The notes beneath the pieces are model-generated. The model was not told where the DNA came from, did not search any database, and was given only the letters and a program-made list of their open reading frames with translations. A stretch of DNA of 64,000 nucleotides, taken from NCBI GenBank assembly GCA_964651815.1, contig CAZYWG010000002.1, positions 28,522 through 92,521 of the forward strand, written 5' to 3'. The DNA is from an uncultured Gammaproteobacteria bacterium. GTDB taxonomy: Bacteria > Patescibacteriota > Microgenomatia > Levybacterales > GWA1-39-11. Of this stretch, positions 46,666 through 55,855 are shown one piece after another; within the stretch, counting starts at the first letter, position 1; each line of letters opens with the position of its first letter. The translations under genes were made by a program, and so were the position numbers.

Positions 46666-47331
46666 ATGACCCAGAAAATTTTAGTTGTCGAGGACGACGC
46701 ACCACTTCAAGAATTATTAAAAGATTTGCTTTCCGAGGCCGGGTTCTCAGTTGAGATTGCTTCAGACGGTGTTGAAGCGCTCGCTCTAATGAAAAAATCG
46801 CCGGCAAGTCTAGTTGTTTTAGACCTTGGATTACCCAAAATCAGTGGGGAAATGGTTTGTACAGAAATTAAAAAAAAGTACCCAGAATCACCAATCATTA
46901 TTTTGACAGCCCGTGGAGATACCTCCGATGTCATAAGGGGACTAAATCTTGGCGCAGATGATTATCTTGCAAAGCCTTTTGACGGAAATGAGCTAATTGC
47001 AAGAATCAATGCAAGGCTTCGTGAAATAGTTGATACAAAATTAAAAGTTGCAGACTTAGAACTTGACCGTACTACTCTTGAGATAAAAAGAGGAAGGAAA
47101 CCAATAAATCTCACGCCAACGGAATTTAAATTACTAGAATACCTCATGAGTAATAAAGGGCGAGTATTATCAAGGGAAATGATCCTAAACCGTATTTGGC
47201 TTACGTCTCCTGATATTGAGACACGAGTTGTAGATGTTTATATGGGATATCTTCGCAAAAAAATAGATAACGGGTTTGAAAAAGCACTTATACAATCAAT
47301 GCGCGGATTTGGCTACGTAATAAAAGACTAA
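46666..47331 (+). CDS. OmpR-family two-component response regulator
   Basis: Receiver domain (ILVVEDDAPL...LVVLDLGLP...DYLAKPF) and a winged-helix trans_reg_C domain (LTPTEFKLLEYLMSNKGRVLSRE...VDVYMGYLRKKI). Confidence 0.88.
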   Translation: MTQKILVVEDDAPLQELLKDLLSEAGFSVEIASDGVEALALMKKSPASLVVLDLGLPKISGEMVCTEIKKKYPESPIIILTARGDTSDVIRGLNLGADDYLAKPFDGNELIARINARLREIVDTKLKVADLELDRTTLEIKRGRKPINLTPTEFKLLEYLMSNKGRVLSREMILNRIWLTSPDIETRVVDVYMGYLRKKIDNGFEKALIQSMRGFGYVIKD

Positions 47332-47522
47332 GGGCTCGTCCATTAATAACCTGGTTGTTATTTATGATTGCGGCACTGTGTGGCGAGGTCGATCCTGATA
47401 TTATTAACGAACGCGGGCCTAATTCCTCTAAAGCTTTTAATTCTTACTTTACTCTTACTGCGTCTTCATTTGCTTTATATCAATTGCTTCTAAAATTGAC
47501 GAATGATTGGGGGTGAGAAGAT

Positions 47523-47780
47523 TTGAATATAATACTCTGGATAATATTCGGGGCAATTGCCGGCTGGATTAGTTCAGTTATAATGAAAACCGATGGTGAA
47601 CAGGGCTTATTCATGGATATTCTACTTGGAATTGTAGGCGCTGTTTTTGGCGGGTTTATCATGAGCCTTCTCGGAGAACCCGGTGTAACTGGATTTAACC
47701 TCTATAGTTTTATTGTAGCAATTGTAGGATCTGTTGTCTTAATTGCTATAGGTAGGGCATTAACAGCCTCAAGATACTAA
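47523..47780 (+). CDS. GlsB/YeaQ/YmgE-family (transglycosylase-associated) small membrane protein
   Basis: TTG start with a GGGGGTGAG SD. Sequence: IILWIIFGAIAGWISSVIM...LLGIVGAVFGGFI. Confidence 0.7.
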   Translation: MNIILWIIFGAIAGWISSVIMKTDGEQGLFMDILLGIVGAVFGGFIMSLLGEPGVTGFNLYSFIVAIVGSVVLIAIGRALTASRY

Positions 47781-47788
47781 TAAATAAA

Positions 47789-47828
47789 AAGAGGGCGGTA
47801 AATATAAAAACTTCCGCTCTCTTTTTTT
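47789..47828. terminator. bidirectional intrinsic terminator between the convergent YeaQ-like and YggT-like genes
   Basis: AGAGGGCGG ... CCGCTCTCT stem flanked by an A-tract 5' and a T-tract 3', so a hairpin plus U-run forms on either strand. Confidence 0.6.
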
Positions 47829-47844
47829 GTGAAATTAGTGCTGC

Positions 47845-48168
47845 CTATCTCAGATGAGCGTGTTCGTGGTGAAGGATTATTGGGGTAAAAATTGCATTAA
47901 TAAGTGCGATTAGAAGCGAGAAAATAATTGTGTACGCTATCAGCGCAACAAACGCTGAAACGTCAACGACCCCGCCAATGTTTATATCTCCAAACATTCC
48001 TTTGAAGGGATAAATAAAACCGTTACTTATTGAATATATCCATGAAACAATAGGAGTCGCTGGATTAGCAGAAAAAAATCTAAGTATAATCCTTAGAGCT
48101 AAAAATATACCAATGAACCCTCCTATCACATTTATGACTCTTGTCAAAATAAGTTTTAGATTTTCCAT
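47845..48168 (-). CDS. YggT-family membrane protein
   Basis: VIGGFIGIFLALRIILRFF ... WIYSISNGFIYPFKGMF follows the YggT consensus. Confidence 0.65.
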   Translation of the reverse strand: MENLKLILTRVINVIGGFIGIFLALRIILRFFSANPATPIVSWIYSISNGFIYPFKGMFGDINIGGVVDVSAFVALIAYTIIFSLLIALINAIFTPIILHHEHAHLR

Positions 48169-48408
48169 GTTATCTGATTGCTATTCTTCCGTTAAATATA
48201 GAGAGGGGTTTGAAGTAATTTACCTTCACGCTTCTCTGTGAAACAAAACTTACTTTTCTATATGTGCGGTGATTTTTGGGTTCAACATCAGTTTTTGAAC
48301 TTAAAACAACATAGAAATCGTTTAGAACTGTGTCTTTTAGAAAGTTATTCATAAGACATATAATAGCTCCTGGACTTAAGATTACAAGAAAAAAAACGTA
48401 AGAATTTG

Positions 48409-48966
48409 CTAAGAATTGCTATTTGCGAGGGTTTTTAATTTTTTAAAATCATCTATAAATACTTGTTTGAATTTTTGAAAACGTATTGCAGCTGCCGGAT
48501 GATAAGAGAAAAAATATTTTACTCCATTTCTTATAAGTATTTTTCCATGTTCTTTTGCAACAGGTATTTTCTCACCTAAAACACCACGCGCAGCAACGCT
48601 ACCCATTAAAACTACAATTTTGGGTTTTATTACAGCTAATTGTTTTGACAAATGTATCATTCCATGCAAAATGTCGCGCTCAGTTGGAGTTTTATATACC
48701 GGTAAATATTTAACTGGACTTGTTATGTAAACCTCGTCTTCTTTCAGTCCAATTGAGAGAATAGTTGAGCGTAATAATTTTCCAGACCTACCTACAAACG
48801 GTCTCCCGGTTGCTGCCTCCGTTTTCCCGGGAGCCTCGCCAATAAATATTATTTTGGCGTCCGGACTTCCTTCTCCTGGGACAGCCATTCCGATTTTGTC
48901 TTTTTTGCAAATTTCACAATTTTCAATTTCCTCTGCTATTTTCCTAAGTTGCGTTGCTTTATTCAT
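48409..48966 (-). CDS. uracil-DNA glycosylase, family 4
   Basis: CEICKK...GEGSPDAKIIFIGEAPGKTEAATGRPFVGRSGKLL...HPAAAIR. The start was placed at the internal ATG 48966. The track start at 49038 would add a dubious TM segment and overlap the divergent HK gene. Confidence 0.75.
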   Translation of the reverse strand: MNKATQLRKIAEEIENCEICKKDKIGMAVPGEGSPDAKIIFIGEAPGKTEAATGRPFVGRSGKLLRSTILSIGLKEDEVYITSPVKYLPVYKTPTERDILHGMIHLSKQLAVIKPKIVVLMGSVAARGVLGEKIPVAKEHGKILIRNGVKYFFSYHPAAAIRFQKFKQVFIDDFKKLKTLANSNS

Positions 48967-49029
48967 AACAAAGATTATAACAAACATTATTATTGCCATT
49001 GCAATTGTAAAGATGTACACTACTCTCAG

Positions 49030-50181
49030 ATGCTTCAAGGTATATACATATCGGCATTAAATTTTCTAAGTCCTCAAACTCTTGAAGAAACTTATAAAAC
49101 TGCAGTCCGCGAAGCAACAAAAATTACACAATCAGATTACGGAACGCTTTATTTAAGATTAAATGGAGAGCTGACTCGTGTTTATACAAACTTTCCTAAA
49201 TTTAAGACCTTAGTTCCAAGAAAAACGGGTTTTACTCAGAAGTCATTCGAAACTAAAAAGTCATATGTTATAGCAAGTTCTAAACTAGCAAAAACTCACC
49301 CTGATCTTCTAGAGAAAGGTATTAAATCTCTTATCATAATTCCTTTAATACATCACAAAAAATCAATTGGAGTTCTTTCTTTGCAGGCCAAAAATACCAA
49401 ACATTTTACTAAGGAAAGAATTGATGCGCTCAGGGTATTTGGTTCACTTTTGAGTCTCGCGATTGAAAAAAATAGACTTTACTTGGATATGCAAAACGCC
49501 CTTAAAACTCGGGATCTTTTTATTTCTATGGCGGCACATGAATTGCGTACACCCACGACAACCATACAAGGCTATACACAAATGATGATAAAAAAGTACG
49601 CAAAAGGCGAGAAGTTACCACTCAAATGGATTGAAATTTTAAATTCTGAGACAATTAGGCTTAATAATTTGCTTAAGGAGCTTTTACAAATCGAGCAAAT
49701 AAAAACAGGTCAATTTAAGTACACCTGGAAAAAAAATAGCTTACTAGAAATAATTGATAGGGTTTTAGCATATTCAAAAGTAAGTCATCCGCACCATAAA
49801 GTAATTTTCAAAAATATGTTGAAAGGCCGTGACCATATGTACTATTGCGATTTTGACAAAATCATGCAAGTTTTGATAATTCTTGTTAACAATTCGGCAA
49901 AGTTTTCAAAAAATCACTCGACAATTGAGGTTGGCCTATCGGACAAGGATTCATTTTTTAATTTATGGGTAAAAGACTATGGCAGTGGAATAACAAAAGA
50001 CGATTTGTCTCATATTTTTGAGGGATTTTACAAAGGGAAAGACAATTCAAAGGATGGGTTTGGACTTGGTCTTTTTTTAGCCGAGAATATTGTTAGAAGA
50101 CACTATGGAACTATTTTCGCGACATCGAGTCCTGGCCGTGGAACAAAAATAGAAATGAAACTACCGATATTCAAAAAGTGA
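49030..50181 (+). CDS. cytoplasmic sensor histidine kinase (GAF-like N-domain, HisKA, HATPase_c)
   Basis: H-box ISMAAHELRTPTTTIQGY, N-box ILVNNSAKFS, G1 DYGSGI, G2 GFGLGLFLAE. The start was chosen at ATG 49030 (MLQGIY...). The track start at 48949 is possible. Confidence 0.8.
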   Translation: MLQGIYISALNFLSPQTLEETYKTAVREATKITQSDYGTLYLRLNGELTRVYTNFPKFKTLVPRKTGFTQKSFETKKSYVIASSKLAKTHPDLLEKGIKSLIIIPLIHHKKSIGVLSLQAKNTKHFTKERIDALRVFGSLLSLAIEKNRLYLDMQNALKTRDLFISMAAHELRTPTTTIQGYTQMMIKKYAKGEKLPLKWIEILNSETIRLNNLLKELLQIEQIKTGQFKYTWKKNSLLEIIDRVLAYSKVSHPHHKVIFKNMLKGRDHMYYCDFDKIMQVLIILVNNSAKFSKNHSTIEVGLSDKDSFFNLWVKDYGSGITKDDLSHIFEGFYKGKDNSKDGFGLGLFLAENIVRRHYGTIFATSSPGRGTKIEMKLPIFKK

Positions 50182-50183
50182 AT

Positions 50184-50513
50184 TTATGAATCAGACTTTA
50201 TTTTTCTGATATCCTCAAGTAGTTCTTTCTTAACCAATCCGGCCGCTTTTATAATTTTTTCTTCCGCGTCAACTACTTTCTCATTTAAAAATTTCCAAAT
50301 TTTTTCGTGATTGAGGGTATTTATGTATGAAACAAATGCCTTTTTATCCTCAGACGTGAGCTCTGACAAAATTGTATCAAGTATTACTTGATGTAAGTGC
50401 GACTCTGCTAAATCTTTTAAATGACTTTTCTCGGTATCTGACATGTGAAGTGAATCAATTTCTAACTCAATTGACTCCATCTCAATTTTAAAGCTATAAA
50501 AATGTTTAATCAT
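50184..50513 (-). CDS. hypothetical acidic helical protein
   Basis: The ORF, with a 4-nt overlap with the upstream gene. No motif. Confidence 0.35.
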   Translation of the reverse strand: MIKHFYSFKIEMESIELEIDSLHMSDTEKSHLKDLAESHLHQVILDTILSELTSEDKKAFVSYINTLNHEKIWKFLNEKVVDAEEKIIKAAGLVKKELLEDIRKIKSDS

Positions 50514-51463
50514 TTAATCTCAACAGGGCCTAGTGGTATTTTATCACCCGGATCATCAATAAAAAAATAAAGGACTGGCCCTTTTTGTTGTCCATCTTTT
50601 CTTTCAAGATATGTCATAACCTCAGGCGAACCACCAAGTTGTTTTCCTGTTGACTCACCGGGCCCCGCATCCCCAATTACCGCAACTACTGCTTTTCCAT
50701 TTTCCGGATTAACAACAAGCATTTTGCGGTATTTAAAAAATGAAATATATTCTCCAGTATGCTCGGCAAACCCGGGTGCCAGAAAAGTCTGAGTCGCAAT
50801 ATAATATTTTTCTCGCTCTATATCTTTTTGGGTAAGTGCTTCTTTTGATGGAGCAAAATACCCCCATGCTCCTAATCCCGGCGCCATTCCCGAATTATAA
50901 GTTTGCGAGGAATCCGAATCTTCAAAGTGAGTTTCAATATTGTCTCCTGGATACAACATTAAATGCTGCTCAGCCCCTACGTATCCATAGGAGCGATTTA
51001 AGCGAATTCCGCTAAGCTCGGGAACTATTTTAAATCCAAAATCCCTTGATAATATCCCTGAGATAGAACTTTCCTCATCAGGAGTTAAAGCGCGGACTTC
51101 TTTTGGGAGAAAAGATGAAAGATCAGAAACTAAAAAAACATTCTTTTCTACAGGAAGTCTTTGTTCTTCAACGGCAGGCAATGTGTTTGGTTGAAGATAT
51201 CCCGCGACAGGACTTGAAAGAAGCATGAGTGCAGAAACAGAACCAATTGCAAAATTTTTTGTCCCGTTTACAAAATCTTCAACTATGTCTCCGTGCTTTT
51301 CCCAAAACGCAGTTTGAAATTCTCTGTGTTTTGAAACCCACTTCTTTGAAAGTTTTTCGTAAGAACCCGAATTTTTATTATCCATTACATTAATAATACC
51401 AAAAAAATCAGGCAGTATTGAAGCAATGAGGAAAAACCAGTATACTACCTCTATGGCAAGCAT
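50510..51463 (-). CDS. membrane-anchored protein with a possible RlpA-like double-psi beta-barrel (DPBB) C-terminal domain
   Basis: N-terminal TM helix (VVYWFFLIASILPDFFGII). The C-terminal KMLVVNPENGKAVVAVIGDAGPGESTGKQLGGSPEV resembles the RlpA/3D V-x-V-x-D-x-GP block. Confidence 0.4.
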   Translation of the reverse strand: MLAIEVVYWFFLIASILPDFFGIINVMDNKNSGSYEKLSKKWVSKHREFQTAFWEKHGDIVEDFVNGTKNFAIGSVSALMLLSSPVAGYLQPNTLPAVEEQRLPVEKNVFLVSDLSSFLPKEVRALTPDEESSISGILSRDFGFKIVPELSGIRLNRSYGYVGAEQHLMLYPGDNIETHFEDSDSSQTYNSGMAPGLGAWGYFAPSKEALTQKDIEREKYYIATQTFLAPGFAEHTGEYISFFKYRKMLVVNPENGKAVVAVIGDAGPGESTGKQLGGSPEVMTYLERKDGQQKGPVLYFFIDDPGDKIPLGPVEIK

Positions 51464-51761
51464 TACTCAAACCTGCTCCAATTGTGGAAAACAATTTCTC
51501 ATAATTGACTCCGAACAAAAATTTCTGCGTGAAAAAAACCTACCTGATCCCGTTAAGTGTTACTCTTGTAGACAAGCAAGAAGAATGGCTCTGAGGAGTG
51601 AACAGAATCTATATAAAACTACGTGTCAAAAATGCGGAAAACAAATAATTGTCGCTTTTGATCCTCAAAAAACTCAAAATGCAATTTATTGCAAAGAGGA
51701 CTTTGATAAGTATTTCATGGAGAATGATCCTATAATTTCCGATCCACTTCCGGAAACTTAA
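51426..51761 (+). CDS. small multi-CxxC zinc-ribbon protein
   Basis: CSNCGK...CYSCRQ...CQKCGK...C spacing, i.e. two treble-clef/ribbon units. The start may be ATG 51453. The stop lies 1 nt before the next gene. Confidence 0.5.
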   Translation: MRKNQYTTSMASITQTCSNCGKQFLIIDSEQKFLREKNLPDPVKCYSCRQARRMALRSEQNLYKTTCQKCGKQIIVAFDPQKTQNAIYCKEDFDKYFMENDPIISDPLPET

Positions 51762-51762
51762 A

Positions 51763-52683
51763 ATGACATCTGAAGCATTTTTTATAGAACTACAAAGGCT
51801 GATATCTTCACACCCAAAGAGGAATTCGCATAACGTAAATTCTGAAGACTGCGATTATGGAGATCAACTTTATTTTTGCAAAAATATGCTCTACTGTTTT
51901 GATTCCGTGCGCTCTGCGGATTGTATATATGGTACAGACATCCATAATTCTGTCAAATGTGTCGATTGCGACTATATGGATAAATCCGAACTTTCATATG
52001 AATGTGTAGACAGTCGCAGTTGTTTCAATTCAAATTACTTGGAGTATTGTTCAAATCTGACCGATTCATCATATTGCTATGACTGCCATAACTGCAGCAA
52101 TACTTTCGGATGTGTTGATCTTAGAAACAAGTCATTTTGCATATTCAATAGACAGCTTTCTGAAGAGGAATATAAGAAAACAATTGAAAAATACAAAATA
52201 TTGTCTACGGAAAAAGTACTTTCTATGGTTGAGGAGCTTAAAAAAAAATATCCCCTAACTCAGACCCGAGGTTTAAACAATGTAAACTCGCCTTATGGGA
52301 ACAATACGGACGACAGCCGTGATAGCTACTTATGTTTTGATTCAAATTCGCTTGAGAATTGCGGTTACTTATATGATTGCGGCGAAAGCAAATATAGCTA
52401 TGATGGAACCTTCTCAAGTGATCTGGAACTTTCTTACGAATCTATAGATTCGGGAGTTTTATTTAACTGCAATTATTCTTTGTGGTCGGGAAATTCTCTA
52501 GACAGTAACTATATCGTTTCGTGTGTCGATGTTAAAAATTGTCTCGGTTGTGTTAACCTTGGACATAAAGAGTATTGTATTTTGAATAGGCAATTTACGA
52601 AAGAGGAATACGAAAAAATTGCGCCGGTCATCTTAAAAGAATTGGTCGAAAAAAATTTGGGTTGGGGAAATTTAATATTCTAA
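51763..52683 (+). CDS. cysteine-rich repeat protein (34 Cys; two internally duplicated halves)
   Basis: Repeating about 13-aa units of the type C-x-D-C / YCYDC...C..L.NK.FCI. Both halves end in FCIFNRQLSEEEY and YCILNRQFTKEEY respectively. No signal peptide. Confidence 0.5.
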   Translation: MTSEAFFIELQRLISSHPKRNSHNVNSEDCDYGDQLYFCKNMLYCFDSVRSADCIYGTDIHNSVKCVDCDYMDKSELSYECVDSRSCFNSNYLEYCSNLTDSSYCYDCHNCSNTFGCVDLRNKSFCIFNRQLSEEEYKKTIEKYKILSTEKVLSMVEELKKKYPLTQTRGLNNVNSPYGNNTDDSRDSYLCFDSNSLENCGYLYDCGESKYSYDGTFSSDLELSYESIDSGVLFNCNYSLWSGNSLDSNYIVSCVDVKNCLGCVNLGHKEYCILNRQFTKEEYEKIAPVILKELVEKNLGWGNLIF

Positions 52684-54989
52684 ATTATTGGCTCGGGAAA
52701 ATCAGTATCAGTATTAGTCATTAATTTCTCTGCCGAACTACTCCAATTTTTAATTTCGTTTTCAACAGCTGTTTTGTTACTACCGTATTTTACTCTTGAA
52801 TTGTCAATAATTTCCCTTGAATAATCAATTCCGGGTTTTGGGACATTAATGGTTTTGGCAGAAAAAGGTGGCGTAAGCTTGCCATCAACAGACATTTTAA
52901 TGTACATTTCGCGGGTGTTAAGATTAATCATATCATCCGCAGAAAATGTGGGAGCAAATTCGTGGGATAGATATGCCGCATCATCTCCTCCAACTGCAAA
53001 TGAAATAATTGTACCTACATTCCCAAAAGCCGTTGCTTTTACATCATCTGGAAGTTGTGCAATATATTGATGTGCAATTGTTAAATCAAGATGATATTTA
53101 CGGGCTTCTGATAAAATAGAAGAAAATGCGTCTGTCGCAAAGTTTTGGAACTCATCAACATAAAAATAAAAATCGCGCCTCTCTTCTTCTCTGACTTTTG
53201 CTCGGGCAAGAGCCGCCTGCTGAATTTTTGTTATAAACATAGATCCCAAAAATGCGGCATTCTCATCGCCCACTTTACCTTTTGAAATATTCAATAAAAC
53301 GATTTTCCCTTCATCCATAAATTTCCCAAAATCAAGGACGTTTTTCCCTTGTCCAACCATATTTCTTATTGTGGGATTGGAAACAAACTGGCCAACCTTG
53401 TTTAGAATCGGAATAACCGCGTCATTTGAAAAACGCTCGTTCCATGATGAAAATTCATTAACCCAAAAACTTTTTACAACAGGATCCTGGATTTGTTTAA
53501 TAACCCGTTGGCGATATGTTGTGTCGGAAAGAATTCTTGGAATGCCTAAAACATTCGAGTCGGGTGTTTCGAGCAGAGCAAGCGTTATAAATCTGATTAT
53601 ATGTTCCATCCTGGAATTCCAATTAGATTCAAATTGCTTTTTGAATATTGCTATGAAAAAAGTTGCTAAATGTTGTCTCATCTCAGGGTCGCGAACCGGT
53701 TCAAGCGGATTAAATGCAATGGGAAAATCCCTGTCTGCTGGGTTTACATAAACAACATCCTTTATTCTTTTTTGGGGGACATATTTTAAAAGCTCTTGTG
53801 CTAAGTCTCCGTGCGGGTCCAGAATGCAACAGCCTTCTCCACCTTGAATATCCGCAATCAAAAGTAATTGCATTAACCGGCTTTTTCCGCTTCCAGTTTT
53901 CCCAACAACATATAAATGACGCCTTCTGTCAATTCTTTTTAAGCCGAATCTTTTGCCTTCATTTCTGTAATTTGTTTCTCCAAAAATTGAAATTTCATTT
54001 TCCTTGACGCTTCCTTCACGGGGTAAAATATCTGGTGCCGGCGCTCGCTTTGAGGTAGTATTCACAACGTTTGAAACTACAGTTCCTTTGTATGGAAAAT
54101 GATAAACGGTTGCTATCTCCGGAATTGACCAAAGATCCCCATTTTCAAAAATTCGCGCCGAGTATGCATTAGCCAAACCTTCACTAATCCTCCCTTTTTT
54201 GAATTCGTTGCCGTGGCTTTTTAACGCTTTATATAAATTTGCAATTGTCGTAAGTTTGGATTTGGCACTCGTGTGGTCCGGAGCAGAATAAGCAATCCTT
54301 AGTTTTCCAAAAAAAACATCACCATCAAATTTTGTGGCCTCGCGCGTTTCGTCCGTGGAACGACCCGAAAGTCTATACACGAACCCAGTTATACCCCGCT
54401 CCCAGAATTTTGAACCGGTGCGCTTTAGACACAATTGAACATAAACCTTTTCGTTCATTGCAGTTTTTGATAAGACAGCAGAAAGATTTTTGAGTAAATC
54501 TTCTTGAATGTTGCGCCAAGTAATAAGCGAATTAACGCTGGATTTTTTAAAACCGAGTTCTATAACAATTGGATGGTCGTTTGAAGAAAAATAATCTTTT
54601 GTTTCCTCAAGCTCCGCTTCTGGAAATTGTGCATAAAGCTGAGATTCAATTATGTTTTTAAAGTGTTTTGGAATAACTATATAAAAAGTCATGAATTGCT
54701 CATTTGATACCATTTCTAGACTTAAATGAGTACCTGATGGAAGAAGTCTGTGAATAGACTTAAGAAAAGCTTCCATTGCTTCCTCTTTTTGTTCGTTGTT
54801 TGAAGGAATTTTTATTCTCAGAAAAACATTCGCCCGCTCCTCAAGTTTTTTAGAAAGCATTTGTTGGAAAAGCAATTTCTTGACTATTTTCCAGACAAAA
54901 AATGCGACAATTGGAGTACTCACGACAACAAAAAGGAGTTCGACGAGCAAAATAATTCCGTTTATTAGAAAGTCAATAACACCTTGCAT
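52680..54989 (-). CDS. VirB4/VirD4/TraG-like (FtsK-HerA superfamily) P-loop ATPase with an N-terminal TM anchor
   Basis: Walker A YVVGKTGSGKSRLMQ, then ILDPHGDL, Walker B YFYVDEFQNF, and an N-terminal hydrophobic hairpin. Convergent 4-nt stop overlap with the Cys-rich gene. Confidence 0.65.
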   Translation of the reverse strand: MQGVIDFLINGIILLVELLFVVVSTPIVAFFVWKIVKKLLFQQMLSKKLEERANVFLRIKIPSNNEQKEEAMEAFLKSIHRLLPSGTHLSLEMVSNEQFMTFYIVIPKHFKNIIESQLYAQFPEAELEETKDYFSSNDHPIVIELGFKKSSVNSLITWRNIQEDLLKNLSAVLSKTAMNEKVYVQLCLKRTGSKFWERGITGFVYRLSGRSTDETREATKFDGDVFFGKLRIAYSAPDHTSAKSKLTTIANLYKALKSHGNEFKKGRISEGLANAYSARIFENGDLWSIPEIATVYHFPYKGTVVSNVVNTTSKRAPAPDILPREGSVKENEISIFGETNYRNEGKRFGLKRIDRRRHLYVVGKTGSGKSRLMQLLLIADIQGGEGCCILDPHGDLAQELLKYVPQKRIKDVVYVNPADRDFPIAFNPLEPVRDPEMRQHLATFFIAIFKKQFESNWNSRMEHIIRFITLALLETPDSNVLGIPRILSDTTYRQRVIKQIQDPVVKSFWVNEFSSWNERFSNDAVIPILNKVGQFVSNPTIRNMVGQGKNVLDFGKFMDEGKIVLLNISKGKVGDENAAFLGSMFITKIQQAALARAKVREEERRDFYFYVDEFQNFATDAFSSILSEARKYHLDLTIAHQYIAQLPDDVKATAFGNVGTIISFAVGGDDAAYLSHEFAPTFSADDMINLNTREMYIKMSVDGKLTPPFSAKTINVPKPGIDYSREIIDNSRVKYGSNKTAVENEIKNWSSSAEKLMTNTDTDFPEPII

Positions 54990-55019
54990 ATGAGTAGTAT
55001 ACTATGTTTTAGTGGTGAG

Positions 55020-55835
55020 TTAAACGAGGGCAAGTCCGCCGTAAAGGCCAGCTTCACCGAGTTCGGATTTTGCAATTTTTGGTAAATCAAAAGGTATAAT
55101 TTTCTTCAACTCTTCATTTAATGACCCTATAAAATAATCAAACTGGTTTGAAACCCCTCCTCCAAGAATTATCACTTCAGGAGACCATAATGCAGTAACA
55201 TTTGCTATGCCGGGTGCAAGATATACGCTTCCATATTCCTTCCAAATTGCCTGATCATGACAATCCTCCCCAGCAACACCAAAGATTTTACGAAACGCGC
55301 TCCCCGACGCGTAAGATTCAAAACATCCATACTGCCCGCAATTCCAAATTTCTGTTTCTTTAAAATTTATAATCTGATGCCCGGGCTCAAAGCCTACATG
55401 GCTCTCAACAATTTTACGCTCCACTACTAAACCCCCACCTATACCAGTACTCAGCGTTATAAATCCAACCGTCTTATAGTCTCGCCCGGCCCCAAAAGCC
55501 GCTTCTCCAAGCGTTGCCATGCTTGCATCATTTTCTATTACAAATTTTGCGTTGGGAAATTTTTTACCCAGCCACCCTGAAAAACTTTCACCCTTCCAGT
55601 TTTGACGATGTCCCCACCAGGCTAATGCCGATTTTTCCCTGTCTATAACACCCGCTGCTGCAATAGAAAACTGTTCAACTTCTGCGCTATAAGACATGAG
55701 ACTTTCCGCAATTTTGTTGATTAAATCGGAAAACTGCTGAGGAGTACTAAACTTCTTGATGTCTAAGAACGTCTTTCTGTCTTCCGAAACTCCAACTCTA
55801 ACAAATGTCCCACCTATATCTATACAAGCAATCAT
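55020..55835 (-). CDS. ROK-family sugar kinase (glucokinase-like)
   Basis: IACIDIGGTFVRVG, ROK zinc motif NCGQYGCFESYASG, and GTGIGGGLV. Confidence 0.75.
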   Translation of the reverse strand: MIACIDIGGTFVRVGVSEDRKTFLDIKKFSTPQQFSDLINKIAESLMSYSAEVEQFSIAAAGVIDREKSALAWWGHRQNWKGESFSGWLGKKFPNAKFVIENDASMATLGEAAFGAGRDYKTVGFITLSTGIGGGLVVERKIVESHVGFEPGHQIINFKETEIWNCGQYGCFESYASGSAFRKIFGVAGEDCHDQAIWKEYGSVYLAPGIANVTALWSPEVIILGGGVSNQFDYFIGSLNEELKKIIPFDLPKIAKSELGEAGLYGGLALV

Positions 55836-55855
55836 AATTTGATTATATATTAAAA

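Noticed and set aside
48170-48352. 60-aa - strand ORF immediately upstream of the YggT-like gene
   Set aside because: It is basic and has no SD or recognisable motif. The 240-bp spacer could equally be UTR/promoter sequence. It is not reported as a feature, though a small coupled ORF cannot be excluded.
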